Below, piece after piece: positions 20,237-30,371 of a DNA stretch of 64,000 nt (the stretch's first letter is position 1; each line of letters opens with the position of its first letter). Location: positions 1,568,001 through 1,632,000 of the forward strand of contig CAWGRW010000009.1 of the NCBI GenBank assembly GCA_963825135.1. Reading direction: 5' to 3'. The stretch is from an uncultured bacterium (lineage in GTDB: Bacteria; Desulfobacterota_D; UBA1144; Nemesobacterales; UBA2774). The notes under the pieces are model-generated. The model saw only the letters and a list, made by a program, of their open reading frames with translations, did no database searches and was not told the origin of the DNA. A program made the translations under genes and the position numbers.

Positions 20237-20734
20237 ATGTTTCAGAAACTAAGAACGGATCTTGTAAAGAAGCTCGCCGGGATAAGGCTCATACTGGTTA
20301 ATGCCGACGGCTTTATGCCGGATGAACCGTCAGGGCACTGGCCTGAGGGCTTAAACGGGGTTCAAATTAAAGAATTGATGAGTAAAGACGTGGAGTTCAT
20401 AGCGTTCTCGAAATCGAAATCTCAGTCTATTTCTTCCGTCGCCGAACAGTTGGGAATAGTTCTTCATCAGGGTATTTCGGAAAATTCCGAGTTTTACTCG
20501 GAAGTGAAGTTTGATTATACGGTTTCCGACGGGGAAGTGGCATTCATATGCAGGGATGTCGCGGATATCCCGGTTATGAAAAAAGTAAATTTCACCGCCG
20601 TAACTCCGGATGCCGCGCTCAAGGTAAAAGCCGAATCCTATTTTACGACATATTGCTCCGGAAGCGGAGCCGTAAGCGAGGTTGCGGCGTTGATTCTAAA
20701 GGCAAAAAAATACCCGGGCGGATGGTCCGAATAA
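20237..20734 (+). CDS. KdsC/YrbI-like HAD-fold protein with degenerate active site
   Basis: IRLILVNADG (cf. DVDG), EVAFICRDVAD (cf. GDDxxD), GSGAVSEVAALILKAK matches the KdsC C-terminus. Confidence 0.7.
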   Translation: MFQKLRTDLVKKLAGIRLILVNADGFMPDEPSGHWPEGLNGVQIKELMSKDVEFIAFSKSKSQSISSVAEQLGIVLHQGISENSEFYSEVKFDYTVSDGEVAFICRDVADIPVMKKVNFTAVTPDAALKVKAESYFTTYCSGSGAVSEVAALILKAKKYPGGWSE

Positions 20735-20792
20735 TATTCCCCGGACACCGTTCTCTCTCCCTGTCCCCTCACTTATGATACAATTTGGCTTA

Positions 20793-21929
20793 ATGGGCGC
20801 ACGGGAGACGACCGATTCCATAAAATCGAAGGCTTACGAAATCGGGTTCGATCTCGTAGGGGTTTCACCCGCGGGCCGTTTCCCTGAAAATCAATTCTAT
20901 AAAGAGTGGCTCTCCCGCGGGTATGCCGGGGATATGAAATATATGGAGAGAGACCCGGAAAGGAGAGGAGACCCGCGGAATATTATTCCGGGCGCACAAT
21001 CGGTAATCACGTGCGGGCTCAACTACAACACAGGTTTTCCGTATTCGACCGGGGCGGAAGATAATGGCAATGGGTGGATAGCGCGTTACGCGTGGGGCGA
21101 TGACTATCATTCCGTCATGGACGATAAACTCGGGGCCCTCGAGGATTTTGTATCGGGAGTTTTGCCCACGGGAGCCCTCACTGTCCGTTATACCGATACG
21201 GGACCGGTTCTCGAAAGGGTCTATGGAAAGTATGGCGGTATCGGCTGGACGGGCAAAAACACCTGTATCATCAACCAGCGTATCGGATCCTGGATTTTTC
21301 TCGGCGAGATAATTACGGATGTCGAGCTCGAATACGACAGCCCGGCTCCCGACAGGTGCGGCAGCTGCACCAGGTGCATCGAGGCCTGCCCGACGAGCGC
21401 CATAAAGGAGCCTTATGTGCTCGATTCGAGGCTCTGTATCTCGTACCTGACGATAGAGTTAAAAGACGGGATCCCCATCGAGCTGAGAGACAAGATCGGC
21501 AATAATATCTTCGGCTGCGATATATGCCAGGACGTATGCCCGTGGAACAGGAGAGCGGAGAAGACCGCAGAGCCGCGTTTTCAGCCGAGGGACGGTCTAT
21601 TCAGCCCGGGGCTTCATACCTTTTCCGGGCTCGGTCCCGAGGAGTTCGCCGCACGATTCAAAGGCAGTCCCGTCAAACGGACTAAAAGGAAAGGGCTCCT
21701 CAGGAATGTCCTGACAACTATGGGGAATTCGGGGGATAATAGCCTCATACCGATAATCGAAGAATACCTTACCGACGCTGAGCCGCTTGTAAGAGCGCAC
21801 GCGGCATGGGCTCTGTGGAAGCTGAGGGGGAACGAATCGAGGGATGCCCTCCTGAATCGGTTAAATTGCGAAGACGACCCGATGGTTCTTGAGGAGATAG
21901 GAGCGATTCTCGAATGGATTCCGTCCTGA
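20793..21929 (+). CDS. queG: Epoxyqueuosine reductase
   Basis: IARYAWGDDYH, DTGPVLER, GWTGKN, CGSCTRCIEACP, GCDICQDVCPWN, C-terminal HEAT-like repeat. Confidence 0.95.
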   Translation: MGARETTDSIKSKAYEIGFDLVGVSPAGRFPENQFYKEWLSRGYAGDMKYMERDPERRGDPRNIIPGAQSVITCGLNYNTGFPYSTGAEDNGNGWIARYAWGDDYHSVMDDKLGALEDFVSGVLPTGALTVRYTDTGPVLERVYGKYGGIGWTGKNTCIINQRIGSWIFLGEIITDVELEYDSPAPDRCGSCTRCIEACPTSAIKEPYVLDSRLCISYLTIELKDGIPIELRDKIGNNIFGCDICQDVCPWNRRAEKTAEPRFQPRDGLFSPGLHTFSGLGPEEFAARFKGSPVKRTKRKGLLRNVLTTMGNSGDNSLIPIIEEYLTDAEPLVRAHAAWALWKLRGNESRDALLNRLNCEDDPMVLEEIGAILEWIPS

Positions 21930-22019
21930 TCGTACCGGCGCGTCGAATGAGGGTTCTTAATGGTTGTACTTAAGGCGCGAAAGGGAAGGACGTTCAAACA
22001 TACCACGGAACGGTGACTC

Positions 22020-22448
22020 ATGGATATCAAGCCCTCGGACGATGTGTTGAAGGCGAATTCGAGATTTTACAAGGCCCTTGGCGAGGGAAACCTGAATTCA
22101 ATGACGGAAATCTGGCTTAATGGGCCCAAGGCCAAGTGTGTTCATCCGGGCTGGCCGATGCTCTATGGCTGGGAGGCGATTAAAGAGAGCTGGAAGAACA
22201 TATTCGAAGCGGGCGGGCCCGCGCAGATCGATATTTCGGACGTAAGGATACAAGTCTCCGGAGAATTGGCGTGGGTTATCTGCATAGAGAGAGTAAGCCA
22301 GAGGGTAGGGGCGCAAACTCGGTTCGGATACGCACAGTCAACAAACGTTTTCGAGTATTCGGGCTCTTCATGGCGCCTGGTAATTCACCACGCGTCCCCG
22401 GTGCCCGTGCCCCGCGGGGACTCCGCATCGAATCAGAATTTACAATAG
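22020..22448 (+). CDS. SnoaL-like / NTF2-family protein
   Basis: ANSRFYKA, CVHPGW...GWEAI..SW, TNVFE, WRLVIHHASP. Confidence 0.88.
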   Translation: MDIKPSDDVLKANSRFYKALGEGNLNSMTEIWLNGPKAKCVHPGWPMLYGWEAIKESWKNIFEAGGPAQIDISDVRIQVSGELAWVICIERVSQRVGAQTRFGYAQSTNVFEYSGSSWRLVIHHASPVPVPRGDSASNQNLQ

Positions 22449-22463
22449 ACCTGGTGCCTGAAA

Positions 22464-25400
22464 CTAGTAGTTAAAGTTATAGAATACGTCGACCCCCGGA
22501 TTCTCCCCGCCGACATCGCCGTTTACCGATACGTTTTTAAAGATCGTATATTCGAGCAGGACTCTATTCTCCGTGATGGCGGTCGAATCGAGCAGAGACT
22601 GCGTGGTGTCCCTTTCGTAGGCGATGTAAAGGTCCTGAGTAAGGTATTTCCCCACCTCCACCTGCGGCCCGTTGGTGCCGCCTCCGACGCTGATGACGTC
22701 GAGCGACAGCTTGCTTCCGAGAAGCTTCTCAAGCTGTGCGGCCGCGATTCCCCCGGCCACCCCGGCGGCCGCGCCCTGAATCGAGGCCCTTTCACCCGAG
22801 CTGATATTGTCCGATGGGGCACCGAACACGATATATGAGACGATATCGGTGTCCGACATCGGAGGGTCGCTCGATAGCGTCAATACGGGTTTTTCCGCTG
22901 TACCGCTGATATTTACATAAATCTGTGCGCTCGAGACGCGGTAAAGCGCTGTTACGTCCAGGAACGGATTGATCTTCTCGGTCCCGGAGAAGCTCACGCT
23001 CCCTTCCTGAATCCTGAAAAGCTTGCCCAGCGTTTCGTAAGTACCCCTGACGGTGTTGATAGTGCCGGCGATTTTAACGCCCTGACCGAACGCCTTATCT
23101 ATGTCGAGGTCCCCCTTGATCTCGATGTTGGCGCCCTTTCCCTTCACCCAGTTGTTTTTTCTCATCCTTATTCCAAGATTCAGCGCGACGTCATCTTTAA
23201 AGTAATCCGTCTGCGCGCCTTTACCGACGACGAATTCGTCCTGGTCCTCGTCGACGAACTTAATCTCTTCAATCTCTTTTTCCTGTTGCTCCGGGATCGT
23301 GATCCTGGCTTTTTCCACGGTTACCTTTCCTGAGACCTCTATCTTGCTCCCCTCGCCCTTTAGGCCCAGGTTCCCGGTAATGTTGGCGGTGATCCTTTTC
23401 GGCTTCAGAAGGAAGTTCCGCATGTCCCCTTTCAGATCGTATGTCAGTGTCGGCACGTCGAGCTGTCCTTCGAACGTCCCTTTGCCCTTTCCGGAAACGA
23501 TCTCTGTCTGCCTGAGAAAACCTTTCTGGCCATCTAGCTCAATCAGCGCGTTTGCGATGCTGAACTCGTTCCTGAGCGACTTGATCTTAAACGTCGCGTC
23601 CCTGAGCGTGATTTGTCCGTTGGCCGACGGGTTATCCACCGTGCCCGAGGCTTTTAAGTCGATTACAAGCAGTCCCGAAGATTTATCGATCTCGGAGCTC
23701 AAGCTCGTTAGCGGGCTCAGGTCGACCCCGCTCGAGTTAACCGTTAAATTGAACCTCGCTTTATTGATGCTCTGCCCGATAGTTTTAAGACCGAGGTCCG
23801 CCTCTGCGTTCCCGTTCGCCTGCAATATCACGGCCGAGCCGCTCGTTACGAGCAATTTCATATTCAGATTCCGGTCCAGGTAGCCGAGGTCGAGGGATAT
23901 ATCGTCCTTGAAATCCTTAAAAGCGAAGTCACTGGTATTTAATTTCACGCTAAACTGCGGGGCATTCATGGTCCCGAGCAGGCTCGCGTTTGCCGATAAC
24001 GTGCCTGATACCTCGGCCTTGGGGTTTATAATTTTGACGATGTCGTTCAGGTCGAGGTTGCTGATTTTGAGCTCGCCCTCGACGCTGCCGTCGTAATAAA
24101 TCCTGGCGTCGGCCAGCGCGGAGGAATCTTTGTAATAGAGGTTAAACGAATCCACGATGAGCTTTTTCGGTGAAACTGTCAGAAGAATCTTTTCCCTGTT
24201 CTCGAGCTCCGTGTCTTCGAGCCCCAGTTTTATCTTTGCTATCTCTATGTGCTTTTCGCTCGCCCCGAGGTCCCGGAGCGTCGTTACGATTTCATACCTG
24301 GACTGATCGTTTTCGTTCACGACCGCGTTCAGGTTAATTCCCCCTCCCTCGCTCCTGGCGTCAACCTCAATGCTCTCAATCTCTCTGTCCCTGATTTTAG
24401 CGTTCTCGGTTCTGATCTCCGCCCTGATGTCGGGATTTTCGAGGTCTATTGAGCCGTCTCCCTTTACTTTTATTGATTCGGCCGCGAACACGTCGTTTAT
24501 TTCTACATTCCCCGCTTCGGCGTCGATACTGATGTTCGGGTTCCCGATGTCCCCTTCCACCCTCCCCGCAGCCTTGAGAGTTCCGGCAAAATGAGTTCCC
24601 GGGGCAAATCTGGAGAAGAGTCCTAGATCCCCGACCTCGAGGTTATAACCCAGGCTCACTCCCTTCCTGCTTGCGTTCCCGTCCTTCACGCTGAAATTGA
24701 AGGAATCTCCGTCGAGGGACAACGCCCTTACGGCAAGCCTCTCTTTGTCATACGTCGCGTCGATATTCCCCTTCTTTAAATTTACGTTGAAGATGCTGGA
24801 TGGCCCGATATTTCCTCTGACGGCAGCGTTCATTTTCTGAAGCACGTCCCCTTCGATGGGAATAAGCCCTTTAATAGCAAGGTCGGAGGTTAGCTTGCTG
24901 CGGAGATTCTTTTTACTCAGAATCGTCCCGAGATCGACGTTCTTGAGAGCGGTTTTGACGTCCACGCTCACTCCCGAGGGAGAGTAACCCGCGGTCCCGG
25001 TCAGCTTCAGATCCCCCGCCTGCTTCCCTTGTATGTCGAGGCGCTCGATCTTTGCATTGACGGTCATATCCCGGAATTCGGTCCAGCCCCCTTCCGCGCG
25101 GAGGTCGGCGTTGAGTATCGCGCCCAGCTTCGTGTTGACGGCCTCGGTCTTCTTTTCGGTTTTCTCTTCGATTAGGGAAAATATCTCGGTCGTCTTCACA
25201 TCTTTGAGAGAGACCTTTACGTCGAAGCTGTTTTTCCCCTTCCCGCTAATTAATCGGGCGAGGTCTCCCTTCCCGCTTACGAGGAGTTCGCCAAGATCCG
25301 ATTTAATATTCCCCTCGCCTAAGTCCACTCCTGTTCCCGAGACGGAGATCTTATCGAGCGACCCGGAGAGTTTCTTCCCGAAGACCTCCGATTCGGGGAT

Positions 25401-26294
25401 TGTTATGCTTATCCGGGCGTCGATATTTCTCGGGTCTTTGAACACACCCTCACCCCTGGATTCCAGGTTGAATGTCCCGACGTCCTCGAGCTTGTAGTTT
25501 TGGGCCGACACGGAATATGAGAATTCAGGGTTTCCTTTCAGATTCCCGGCCTCGGCGTCGAGCTTGATCCCGGCCCCGTTCAGCATGACTTCGAGGTCCG
25601 TTATCGTAGCCTTATTCTCCGAGTATTGCGCTTTGGCTCTCAGGTTTTCGATGTGTACTCCCTGTGAGGGAGCATCGAGGTCGGCGTTTTTGATGTCGAC
25701 GTGTATTTCCTCGGTGATATTGATGAGCTTTGCCGAGAGCTCCGTATCGTCGATGCCGTAATGCGAGACCTTTTTACCCACCCGGTCGTCGACGGCAAGC
25801 TCCCCGTCCTCGAGCTTGAGATCGGAAACTATGACGCTCCACTCGGGCGGCCCCTTTTTCTCTTTATCCTTCTCCTTTTCTTTCTTGCTGCCGCTCCCTA
25901 TCTTGCCGAAGTTCCAGGTGCCGTCCCCGTATTTGATGAGCCTTACCCGCGCTCCGTTTACGGCTAGCCCGTCAATGGGGACAACCTTGTTAAAGAGAAA
26001 GGCCGTGTTGAGCATTTGAGGGATGGAGTACGTGACGGAGAGTTCTTTTAGGGAGACGAAGCTTTCGCCCTCGACTTCGAACGTAACGTCTTTCAGCTTT
26101 ATGTTGTAAAAGAAGTTGCCCTCTACCCGGCCTATCTTGAAGGACTGGCCGGTCAATGAGCTGACGACACGCTCGGCGGTGTTTTTTACCAGGTTCCTGA
26201 AGTATCCTGTCTGTGTGAACAGGTAGGCGGATACCGTGATGAGAACGAACAGGCCTAATATTATCCCAGCACTGATTACAATCTTATGACGCAT
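22464..26294 (-). CDS. tamB: Translocation and assembly module TamB (AsmA-like)
   Basis: 1276 aa, N-terminal TM anchor, beta-taco repeats, C-terminal NPFLDV, LSSDPPM, EVGKYL. Confidence 0.88.
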   Translation of the reverse strand: MRHKIVISAGIILGLFVLITVSAYLFTQTGYFRNLVKNTAERVVSSLTGQSFKIGRVEGNFFYNIKLKDVTFEVEGESFVSLKELSVTYSIPQMLNTAFLFNKVVPIDGLAVNGARVRLIKYGDGTWNFGKIGSGSKKEKEKDKEKKGPPEWSVIVSDLKLEDGELAVDDRVGKKVSHYGIDDTELSAKLINITEEIHVDIKNADLDAPSQGVHIENLRAKAQYSENKATITDLEVMLNGAGIKLDAEAGNLKGNPEFSYSVSAQNYKLEDVGTFNLESRGEGVFKDPRNIDARISITIPESEVFGKKLSGSLDKISVSGTGVDLGEGNIKSDLGELLVSGKGDLARLISGKGKNSFDVKVSLKDVKTTEIFSLIEEKTEKKTEAVNTKLGAILNADLRAEGGWTEFRDMTVNAKIERLDIQGKQAGDLKLTGTAGYSPSGVSVDVKTALKNVDLGTILSKKNLRSKLTSDLAIKGLIPIEGDVLQKMNAAVRGNIGPSSIFNVNLKKGNIDATYDKERLAVRALSLDGDSFNFSVKDGNASRKGVSLGYNLEVGDLGLFSRFAPGTHFAGTLKAAGRVEGDIGNPNISIDAEAGNVEINDVFAAESIKVKGDGSIDLENPDIRAEIRTENAKIRDREIESIEVDARSEGGGINLNAVVNENDQSRYEIVTTLRDLGASEKHIEIAKIKLGLEDTELENREKILLTVSPKKLIVDSFNLYYKDSSALADARIYYDGSVEGELKISNLDLNDIVKIINPKAEVSGTLSANASLLGTMNAPQFSVKLNTSDFAFKDFKDDISLDLGYLDRNLNMKLLVTSGSAVILQANGNAEADLGLKTIGQSINKARFNLTVNSSGVDLSPLTSLSSEIDKSSGLLVIDLKASGTVDNPSANGQITLRDATFKIKSLRNEFSIANALIELDGQKGFLRQTEIVSGKGKGTFEGQLDVPTLTYDLKGDMRNFLLKPKRITANITGNLGLKGEGSKIEVSGKVTVEKARITIPEQQEKEIEEIKFVDEDQDEFVVGKGAQTDYFKDDVALNLGIRMRKNNWVKGKGANIEIKGDLDIDKAFGQGVKIAGTINTVRGTYETLGKLFRIQEGSVSFSGTEKINPFLDVTALYRVSSAQIYVNISGTAEKPVLTLSSDPPMSDTDIVSYIVFGAPSDNISSGERASIQGAAAGVAGGIAAAQLEKLLGSKLSLDVISVGGGTNGPQVEVGKYLTQDLYIAYERDTTQSLLDSTAITENRVLLEYTIFKNVSVNGDVGGENPGVDVFYNFNY

Positions 26295-26448
26295 GTCGTG
26301 GTTCTCTCGGGCTGCGAGACTTTACCGGAACGGCGAGTTCTTCTTATGGTATATGCCATTTAAAATTTTTGCTAATCGTTATTTCAATCAATTATACACT
26401 AACGTGCTTTTAAAATGAACCCGGAAAAACCGCTGATACAGTGACGGG

Positions 26449-27318
26449 TTACTTCCTGGAGACCATAAAAATTCCGACGAGGATAAACGCCCCCCCTGTG
26501 ACCGTCCCCCAATCCAGCCTGTTCCCCAGAAGAAGCCAGTCGAAGAGGAGGCCGAATACCGGGACGAGCATTGAGGAAAAGGTCGTGATGTTGATGTCGA
26601 GCTTCTTAATCAAGTAGAACCAGATCGTAAAGTCCACGGCCGAGGCGATAAGCCCTGTAAAAAGCAATATATATACGGAATGGGGCGTCCATTGGACTGT
26701 CAGTATGCCCTGTGTGGGCAGTGTGATTACGAGAAGCCCGATCGTGCCGAACGTCAGCTGAAGCGCGCTTACTCTGAAAATATCCTCTCCCGCCATCCTC
26801 TTCTTTACCCATACGTTCGATATCGCCCACGATATCGCCGCGATAATGATGAGCATCTCTCCGATGAATACGTCGAGGTTCTGTTTCGCGATTATATCCC
26901 AGCCGAGTATGGACAGTATCCCTGCCGAGCCGAGCAGGACGCCCGTCCACTGGCGCGTATTAATCTTTTCTTTGAGGTAGAAGTGGACGAGGAGAATTGT
27001 CCAGACCGGCATGGTGTAGAGAAGCACGGAAGTCTTTCCGGCCGTGATCCGCTTCATGCCGAAGAGCATGCAGCTGAAGAGGAACGTAGTCTGGAATAAC
27101 CCGACAGCGATAAAATCGGGCCATCTCCTGACAGAGGGCCATTTCATCGATTTCGATCTCAGGTAGAGGGACAGGGCTACGGCCGCGATTCCGCACCTCC
27201 ATGTCGCCAGCGTAAAGGGTCCCATATACCCTAGACCCATTTTCATCAGCACCCATGAGTACCCCCATGTCAGTATTACAAAGACCAGGAGAAGGATATT
27301 TAATAAGGAGCGGTTCAT
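26449..27318 (-). CDS. EamA/DMT family transporter
   Basis: About 10 TM helices, WGYSW, two EamA repeats, LVPVFG. Confidence 0.92.
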   Translation of the reverse strand: MNRSLLNILLLVFVILTWGYSWVLMKMGLGYMGPFTLATWRCGIAAVALSLYLRSKSMKWPSVRRWPDFIAVGLFQTTFLFSCMLFGMKRITAGKTSVLLYTMPVWTILLVHFYLKEKINTRQWTGVLLGSAGILSILGWDIIAKQNLDVFIGEMLIIIAAISWAISNVWVKKRMAGEDIFRVSALQLTFGTIGLLVITLPTQGILTVQWTPHSVYILLFTGLIASAVDFTIWFYLIKKLDINITTFSSMLVPVFGLLFDWLLLGNRLDWGTVTGGAFILVGIFMVSRK

Positions 27319-27424
27319 TCTCTATTTACTCGATCCGGAAATCAAAAGTCATGGGGTCCAAAGGAGCCCGTCATTCATGTCCGGATACGGCGACACACAC
27401 TTTATCCTAGACGGTTTTATCGCC

Positions 27425-27452
27425 TTGACAAGGAATGGTCAATATTTATAAT
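27425..27452 (+). promoter_or_regulatory. Consensus sigma70 promoter upstream of etfBA, overlapping a divergent eamA promoter
   Basis: TTGACA-N16-TATAAT on +; TTGACC-N17-TAAAAC on - (27442-27414). Confidence 0.65.
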
Positions 27453-27654
27453 TACACAGCTTTTGGCTGCCGGATAGAATAATTCTTTATTCCGTTAAAT
27501 TCATTAGTTATTTTACGTATCCGGCCCGAATTGAAAAGAGCTTCGGGGGTGCTAAACTAAGATGTTTTCATAAAGCCTGAATGGTCGTCTTTCCGGTCGA
27601 TAATTCAGCAGCGTCGGGTTAGAAAATCTATAATAAGTCGGAGGTGGGTTAAAG

Positions 27655-28461
27655 GTGAAGATTCTCGTAATAGTAAGCCAGACACAGGATACGGAGGCGA
27701 AGATAAAGGTCTCCGCGAGCGGTAACTCCATCGATACCGAAGGCATGAAGTGGATAATGAACCCTTACGACGAGTTCGCCGTGGAAGAAGCGATCCAGAC
27801 CAAGGAGAAGCACGGGGGCGAAGTCGTGGTGATCTCCATGGGCCCGTCGAGAGTAATCGAAACCATCAGGCAGGCGCTCGCTATGGGTGGGGACAGCGCC
27901 CTCCATATTTTAGACGATGGGTCCCCGGACGTGGATTCGTACGCTACGGGGAAGATTATCGCGGGCGAGATAAAGAAGCTCGGCGACTTCGATATAGCTT
28001 TTACCGGCATGAAGATAATAGACGAGGAGTCGGGTCAGGTCGGGGTCCAGATAGCGGAAGAGCTCGGGATACCCCACGTCTCCCTCGTAAGCAAGGTGAT
28101 AGAAATAAATCCGGCGGCTAAGAAGGCCGTTTGCCAGAAGGAAATAGACGGCGGGCACATGGTAGTCGAAGTCCCGCTCCCGTGTCTTATCACCTGCCCC
28201 GACGCCATGAACGAGCCCAGGTACGCCTCGCTTCCGGGTATCATGAAGGCCAAGAAGAAGCCCCTCACCGAGGCGAAGGTCGCGGACATCAACCTCGAAG
28301 GCCTTACGCGCGTCAGGACTGTCGAGATCAAAGTCCCCCAGATCGAAAGGAAGCTCAGGATAATAAAGGGGCAGGACGAGCCTATGGTCAAAGGGGCTCA
28401 GGTAGAACAAGCGGCCGAAGAGCTCGTAAAGCTCCTCAGGGAAGAGGCCAAGGTCATATAG
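27655..28461 (+). CDS. etfB: Electron transfer flavoprotein beta subunit
   Basis: MNPYDEFAVEEA, ALAMGGD, NEPRYASLPGIMKAKKKP. Confidence 0.96.
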   Translation: MKILVIVSQTQDTEAKIKVSASGNSIDTEGMKWIMNPYDEFAVEEAIQTKEKHGGEVVVISMGPSRVIETIRQALAMGGDSALHILDDGSPDVDSYATGKIIAGEIKKLGDFDIAFTGMKIIDEESGQVGVQIAEELGIPHVSLVSKVIEINPAAKKAVCQKEIDGGHMVVEVPLPCLITCPDAMNEPRYASLPGIMKAKKKPLTEAKVADINLEGLTRVRTVEIKVPQIERKLRIIKGQDEPMVKGAQVEQAAEELVKLLREEAKVI

Positions 28462-28495
28462 CACCCAAGTTCAAAGATATTTCAGGAGGAATAAT

Positions 28496-29491
28496 ATGAG
28501 TAACGAAGTCTGGGTTGTAGCGGATCTGAAAATAGACGGCAGCGTGAGGCAGGTGACGTTCGAGGCGCTGTCCGAAGCGAGGAGCAAGATCGCCGGTAAG
28601 CTCGGAGGGCAGCTATGCGGGGTGCTGATCGGGTCGGGCGTGTCGGGTCATGCCGCGGAATTAGGCAGATACGGGGCCGAAAAGGTATACGTCGTCGATA
28701 ACGATCTGTTGAAGAACTTTAGCACGGAGGGATATACGATCGCCCTCAGCGAATTGATAAAGAAATACAGCCCCGCCGTGGTAATAGCGGGGAATACGGT
28801 TTTCGGCCAGGACTATTTCCCGGGTGTCGCCGCCCGGGTCGGGGCAGGCGTTACGATGGACGCCATAGAGATCGATTTGACCGACGACAAGAAATTAAAG
28901 ATAAAGCGATTTTCCCATTCGAGCAAGGCGATACCGACTCAGGTCTTTCTCGACTATCATCCGATGATGACTACGGTCAGGCCGAACTCGTTTAAAGCTG
29001 TGGAAGACCAGAGGACCCCTGAAACAGTCAACGGCGACGTAACGATTAATGCCGGGGAAATAAAGTCGAGGGTCGTGGAGATAAAGACTAAAGAGTCGGA
29101 CAGGCCGGAGCTGACGGAAGCGGAGAGGGTGGTTTCGGGGGGGAGAGGGCTCGGGAGCGAGGAGAGCTTTAAATATATTTACCAGCTTGCCGATATACTC
29201 GGCGCGGCCGCGGGCGCTACCCGCGCCGCCGTGGACGCCGGATACTGTCCCTACGATATGCAGGTCGGACAGACGGGCAAGGCCGTGTCGCCCAACCTTT
29301 ATATAGCGATCGCTATTTCGGGCTCGGTCCAGCACTTCGCCGGTATGGGTTCCTCGAAGGTAATAGTCGCTATCAATAAAGACCCCGAGGCCCCTATTTT
29401 CCAGAAGTGTGATTACGGCATTGTGGGCGACCTGTTTGACGTGCTGCCGCCTTTCACGGAGAAGGTAAAGGCGCTGGTATCCCAGAGTTAG
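28496..29491 (+). CDS. etfA: Electron transfer flavoprotein alpha subunit
   Basis: VVSGGRGLG, QVGQTGK, ISGSVQH, AINKDPEAPIF. Confidence 0.96.
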   Translation: MSNEVWVVADLKIDGSVRQVTFEALSEARSKIAGKLGGQLCGVLIGSGVSGHAAELGRYGAEKVYVVDNDLLKNFSTEGYTIALSELIKKYSPAVVIAGNTVFGQDYFPGVAARVGAGVTMDAIEIDLTDDKKLKIKRFSHSSKAIPTQVFLDYHPMMTTVRPNSFKAVEDQRTPETVNGDVTINAGEIKSRVVEIKTKESDRPELTEAERVVSGGRGLGSEESFKYIYQLADILGAAAGATRAAVDAGYCPYDMQVGQTGKAVSPNLYIAIAISGSVQHFAGMGSSKVIVAINKDPEAPIFQKCDYGIVGDLFDVLPPFTEKVKALVSQS

Positions 29492-29510
29492 AAGGTTAAT
29501 CCGGGGGCGG

Positions 29511-30335
29511 TTACCTGACCGTCCCCGTTATATCCACCATTTCAATATTCCCTATCTTTTCGCCCAGGAACCTTCCGGCAACGGAAACGAACGTATCGGA
29601 CACGTCCGTAAGGTAGTATTCCCTTGACGGCGCTTCTGCGTCTTTATTAAGAAGGTCTCTCTCATTGAGCACTCCCTCGATTTCCTTTGCGGTCTCCTCG
29701 GCCGAGTCCACGAGCGTAATCCCTTCACCCATTACCTTCCGGATAGTCTTTTTCAGGAGGGGGTAATGAGTACAGCCCAGGACGAGCACGTCGATATCGT
29801 ATTCCTTCAAAGGCGCGAGGTATTCCTCCGCTATGAGCTCTGATATCTTCCCCCCTGTCCAGCCCTCGTCGGCGAGCGGCACGAACAACGGGCACGCCCT
29901 TGAGAACACCTCGATGTCAGGGGATACGGCTTCGAGCGCCTTTTTGTACGCGCCGCTCTTTATAGTCGAAGGAGTGCCTATGACTCCCACCCTCTTCGAT
30001 TTGGTAACCTCTGAGGCTTTCTTCGCTCCGGGCCCTATGACTCCTATAACCGGTATCTCCAGTTCGCCGCTCAGGCTGGGGAGGGATACGGCGGAAGACG
30101 TATTGCAGGCGACGACGAGCATCTTTATGCCCTTGGATACCAGGAATTCGGCGTTGTTAAGGGAGTAGGCTATTACGGTCCTGCTCGATTTGGTCCCGTA
30201 CGGGACCCTCGCCGTGTCGCCCAGATATATGATATTCTCCCGGGGGAGCCTTCTGATTATCTCCCTCACGACCGTAAGCCCCCCAATGCCCGAGTCGAAT
30301 ACGCCGATCGGCGCGCTCTTTATCACTCTTGTCAT
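29511..30335 (-). CDS. murI: Glutamate racemase
   Basis: FDSGIGGLTV, PYG, VACNT, LGCTHYP. Confidence 0.97.
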   Translation of the reverse strand: MTRVIKSAPIGVFDSGIGGLTVVREIIRRLPRENIIYLGDTARVPYGTKSSRTVIAYSLNNAEFLVSKGIKMLVVACNTSSAVSLPSLSGELEIPVIGVIGPGAKKASEVTKSKRVGVIGTPSTIKSGAYKKALEAVSPDIEVFSRACPLFVPLADEGWTGGKISELIAEEYLAPLKEYDIDVLVLGCTHYPLLKKTIRKVMGEGITLVDSAEETAKEIEGVLNERDLLNKDAEAPSREYYLTDVSDTFVSVAGRFLGEKIGNIEMVDITGTVR

Positions 30336-30371
30336 ATACCGCCCGTCTGTGAAAGGATGCACGGCTCCGGA

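Noticed and set aside
27425..27442. TTGAC-N8-GTCAA as an FNR-like operator
   Set aside because: Spacing does not fit FNR; adequately explained by overlapping divergent -35 boxes
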